IMG/VR virus record: IMGVR_UViG_3300031229_000003
Location: 3,415 to 67,414 of that record
Strand: one strand, 5' to 3'
DNA: 64,000 nucleotides
Origin: a virus
Lineage: Duplodnaviria > Caudoviricetes
Positions 61,368 through 64,000 of this stretch are shown in pieces. Position 1 is the first letter of the stretch. The number at the start of each line of letters is the position of its first letter. The notes under the pieces were generated by a model. It saw nothing but the letters and a program-made list of their open reading frames with translations, ran no database searches and was not told the origin of the DNA. The position numbers and the translations under genes are program-made.

Positions 61368-62761
61368 TGCGTCTCCCTCCGTTTCCACTCCTCGAGCGTC
61401 TCGGCCAGGGAGCGATCGAGAAGGTCAGTACCGTAGACCAGCCGCTGTCCGAAGCGGGGGTCGGGGGTGCGCTCCTGGAGCTTCATGATGCCACGGAGGC
61501 CCTTCGCTTCGGGATATGGTGAATACTCCACCGTGACGAGACGTCGGGTCAGGGCCAGCACCCAGGGGTCCATCGCGACTTCGGCCGCGGTCCGCGTGCA
61601 GGCCACCATCGTCACGAGGCGGGTCAACCGGGCATCGTGCGGGGCGCCCACCGAGTAGAACAGGATCAGGGCGTCACGCATGCGGAAGGGCTGGCGGATG
61701 GCCTGGTCCGAGTAGCCGAGAAGCCCGACGAGCTCCCCGTCGAGGAGAACGGCGACGTCGGCGGTGGCCGGGCGCGGGTCGAGCTTGTGGATCCACAGCT
61801 CCTTGTAGTAGGCGGCGTTCTTGCCCTTGATCCGGACGAGGGCGAGCTCCTCGCCGGCTTCGGGGTGGCTCGACGTCGAGATCTGGCGGACGCCGAGGGG
61901 CTCCATCTCGACCGGCTTGCGGGGGATGGCTGAGAGCCCTACGTGGCCGCGCACCGTCTCGGGTCGGTTCGTCCAGATGACCACGAGCTCGTCGCGGGAG
62001 AGGTCCCGAGCGTGGACCACGGTCTTCGCCGCGGCGTGTCCTTTCTTCGCCTGTTGCTGGCAGAGCACCAGGGCTTTCCAGCCGGCCGCGGCCGCCGCGA
62101 GCCGGTACTGGTCGACGGCACCGTCCCAAACCGTGTACGAGGGCGCAGCCCAGGTCAGTCGACCGTCGGTGTCGAAGAACTTCTCGTAAGCCCCCTTGTA
62201 CGTCGGCGGGTTCATGGTGACGATCGTTCGCGGGTCGTCCGCGACAGCCTCGAGGTGTCCCCAGGGATCCGACGAGCGGAACCGGCAGCCGGTGAAGGCG
62301 AGGCGGTTCGCGTCGAGCTTCGAGCGCAGGACCGCCAGGTGCTCTGGCTTGCGCTGGCCGAGGTCCTCGACGATGTCGCCGAAGTAGTCGGTGCCAGAGC
62401 GGCGCTCCATCCGAAGACGGAGCTGCTGGTAGAGGATCTCTGCGCCGTCCGCGAGAGGGTCGCCGGTCAGAGGAAGAGGTGCTCCGTCGACCGCCACCGC
62501 GAGCTCCTCGAGATCGGTGCCCGACACGATCGACCCTATGACGGCGCTGAACAACCAGACGTCGGAGGTCTCGATCTGCTCAGCCGACCAGCCGGCGGCG
62601 AGGTGGACCTTCGGCAGCGCGAAGGCGCCGACGCAAGGCTCGACGATCCGATCGTAGGAGCCCGACTTGCGCAGCTTCTTCGACAGCCGGTAGAGATAGT
62701 CCCGTTCGGGCTTGTCCCAGGTCGAGAGGAACAGGATCGAGGGGGAAGTGAAGCCCGGCAT
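61337..62761 (-). CDS. adenine methyltransferase-like domain fused to a GNAT-like C-terminal domain
   Basis: IVEPCVGAF, SDV, NPPTY; C-terminal VLLDGELVGLLG...RLTRLV...PEAKGLRG. Confidence 0.7.
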   Translation of the reverse strand: MPGFTSPSILFLSTWDKPERDYLYRLSKKLRKSGSYDRIVEPCVGAFALPKVHLAAGWSAEQIETSDVWLFSAVIGSIVSGTDLEELAVAVDGAPLPLTGDPLADGAEILYQQLRLRMERRSGTDYFGDIVEDLGQRKPEHLAVLRSKLDANRLAFTGCRFRSSDPWGHLEAVADDPRTIVTMNPPTYKGAYEKFFDTDGRLTWAAPSYTVWDGAVDQYRLAAAAAGWKALVLCQQQAKKGHAAAKTVVHARDLSRDELVVIWTNRPETVRGHVGLSAIPRKPVEMEPLGVRQISTSSHPEAGEELALVRIKGKNAAYYKELWIHKLDPRPATADVAVLLDGELVGLLGYSDQAIRQPFRMRDALILFYSVGAPHDARLTRLVTMVACTRTAAEVAMDPWVLALTRRLVTVEYSPYPEAKGLRGIMKLQERTPDPRFGQRLVYGTDLLDRSLAETLEEWKRRETQWRKHRQPAG

Positions 62762-62771
62762 GGCGGTTGGG

Positions 62772-62847
62772 TGGACCACCCGCCTGGATTCGAACCAGGG
62801 ACCTCTCAGTACGGAACCGAGTGCTCTATCCGCTGAGCTACGGGCGG
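62772..62847 (-). tRNA. tRNA-Arg (anticodon CCG), encoded CCA
   Basis: 76-nt cloverleaf: CCGCCCG/CGGGTGG, GCTC/GAGC, CTCGG-TTCCGTA-CTGAG, CCTGG-TTCGAAT-CCAGG, then T-CCA. Confidence 0.93.
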
Positions 62848-62860
62848 TCGTCCGCCGGGA

Positions 62861-63223
62861 TTATCCCGTCCGGGACCTTCGAGCGCAAGTCGAGACGACC
62901 TCGTCGACCGAGGGGAAGCTGCCGGCGGGGACCTCGAGGGAGCGCGGGCTGAGAAACAGGACGGCGCCGTCGGAGGGACGGGTGCTCACGAGCAAGGCCT
63001 CGACGAACTCGCCGTAGTGGCGGCGAAGCCACTCCTTGACCCTCGTTTCCGGGAACCTCAGAAGACGAGGGGCGAGCACCTGGACCACGAACGCATTGAG
63101 CAGGGCTTGGAGGAAGCCGCGGCTGCCGGGGCGTGGTCGCCAGTGCTCGAGATCCCAGGCGGGAGCGAGGCCGTCGTGCTCGGCGAGGACCGCAAACTCG
63201 ACGGCTATGAGCGGATTCGTCAC
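62861..63223 (-). CDS. hypothetical protein
   Basis: GTGA overlap. Confidence 0.55.
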   Translation of the reverse strand: MTNPLIAVEFAVLAEHDGLAPAWDLEHWRPRPGSRGFLQALLNAFVVQVLAPRLLRFPETRVKEWLRRHYGEFVEALLVSTRPSDGAVLFLSPRSLEVPAGSFPSVDEVVSTCARRSRTG

Positions 63224-63585
63224 AGCTCCTCCGGCGGCAGCGGGACGGCAGCGTCGAGATCCTCAGAAGCGGCGGACGGCTTTGCTGGAGACAGGCCGTC
63301 CCCGAGGATGCAGGTGAACTCCTCCCAGCCGACCTCGAGCTCACCCGAGGCTTCGATCGCCTGGGTGATTCGGGTGATGATCCTCACGAGCTCCCGGCCG
63401 ATGAATGTCGAGGCGCCTCCCAGGTCCTCGAGTCGCCCGTGATCTCGATCTGTCGGCTCGCGCCAGTAGAGGTTTCCGAGCACGTCCGTTCGTTGCACGA
63501 CGAGATCGCCGTGCTCGGTCAGACCGAGCCGGATCGTGTCGGCCGGTCCATTGGCGATCAGCCACTCATGCCTTGGGTTGACCAT
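63220..63585 (-). CDS. hypothetical protein
   Basis: GAGGAG RBS. Confidence 0.55.
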   Translation of the reverse strand: MVNPRHEWLIANGPADTIRLGLTEHGDLVVQRTDVLGNLYWREPTDRDHGRLEDLGGASTFIGRELVRIITRITQAIEASGELEVGWEEFTCILGDGLSPAKPSAASEDLDAAVPLPPEEL

Positions 63586-63609
63586 CGGAGCTCCTCTCTC
63601 GTCAACTCG

Positions 63610-63840
63610 TCAGTGGGGGCCGAAAAGCCGCTGCGCTAGGCGGACCCGCCAGCGACAGCGGAGGCAGGCGAGCGAGTCCTCGACGTCGAACGGCAAGCTC
63701 GGCCGAGCGACGACGATCATCTCGCAGATCGAGAGACGTTGGACGGGGACGACACCCGGGCCAGGCCAGCGGACCACCGCGTGGCGGATCTTTCGGGCGT
63801 CGCCGAGCTCCCAGGCGGTGATCCAGTCCGCCTGGGTCAT
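63610..63840 (-). CDS. hypothetical protein with a CxxC motif
   Basis: MTQADW start with ATGA overlap; CLRC. Confidence 0.5.
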   Translation of the reverse strand: MTQADWITAWELGDARKIRHAVVRWPGPGVVPVQRLSICEMIVVARPSLPFDVEDSLACLRCRWRVRLAQRLFGPH

Positions 63841-64000
63841 GTCGGCCTCGGCGAGCACAGGTCACAGCGGACGCGGCGGGGAGCCGTCCGGTCACCGGTC
63901 CGGTGTCGGATCGCCCGGTGGCCGCACTCGAGCTCCAGGCGCCAGACCTTCATGAGCCTCGGTCGGTTCGAGAGGATGCCGACACCGCCCTCAGATGTTC
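63837..64000 (-). CDS. partial zinc-binding hypothetical protein
   Basis: Manual translation ...WRLELECGH...VRCDLC; the frame is open to the window edge. Confidence 0.45.
   Translation of the reverse strand, partial: TSEGGVGILSNRPRLMKVWRLELECGHRAIRHRTGDRTAPRRVRCDLCSPRPT

Noticed and set aside
62772-62847. tRNA as a prophage attachment site or boundary
   Set aside because: No duplicated tRNA 3' end or integrase seen, and phage-like genes continue on both sides; cannot be excluded outside the window
1-64000. Very frequent CTCGAG/TCGA and GATC words as a restriction or methylation signal
   Set aside because: Readily explained by CTC-GAG, GTC-GAC and ATC codon usage; not counted, so no claim is made

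Overview
The whole 64-kb window is one GC-rich (about 70%) tailed-phage genome segment, with no recognisable host genes, integrase or att sites. Almost all real genes are on the minus strand; the long plus-strand ORFs are shadows. From right to left: tRNA-Arg(CCG), an adenine-methyltransferase/GNAT fusion, a ParB-like protein, terS, terL, portal, an accessory block, MuF, an HTH and non-coding island, scaffold, major capsid, head-tail adaptors, a 783-aa lipoprotein-like fibre protein, tail tube, frameshifting tail chaperones, a 2616-aa tape measure, two tail-tip proteins and lysis genes. No sheath is present, so the tail is probably non-contractile. A short plus-strand island (23.7-26.2 kb) starts at a pair of fully overlapping divergent promoters. 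The leftward early arm encodes an SMC-like ATPase, DUF5131, a cold-shock protein, a YqaJ exonuclease with an annealase, a DUF1376-DnaA_N initiator, a beta clamp, DnaC, DUF488, Dam, an ECF sigma factor and ParB. The most unusual signals are regulatory: (i) a predicted ~70-nt plus-strand small RNA whose terminator loop is complementary to a CCGCACAUG box at the start codon of three early genes, (ii) a five-copy early promoter/operator motif that gives leaderless starts, and (iii) a palindromic two-way promoter. All product calls come from motifs recognised by eye; no searches were run.
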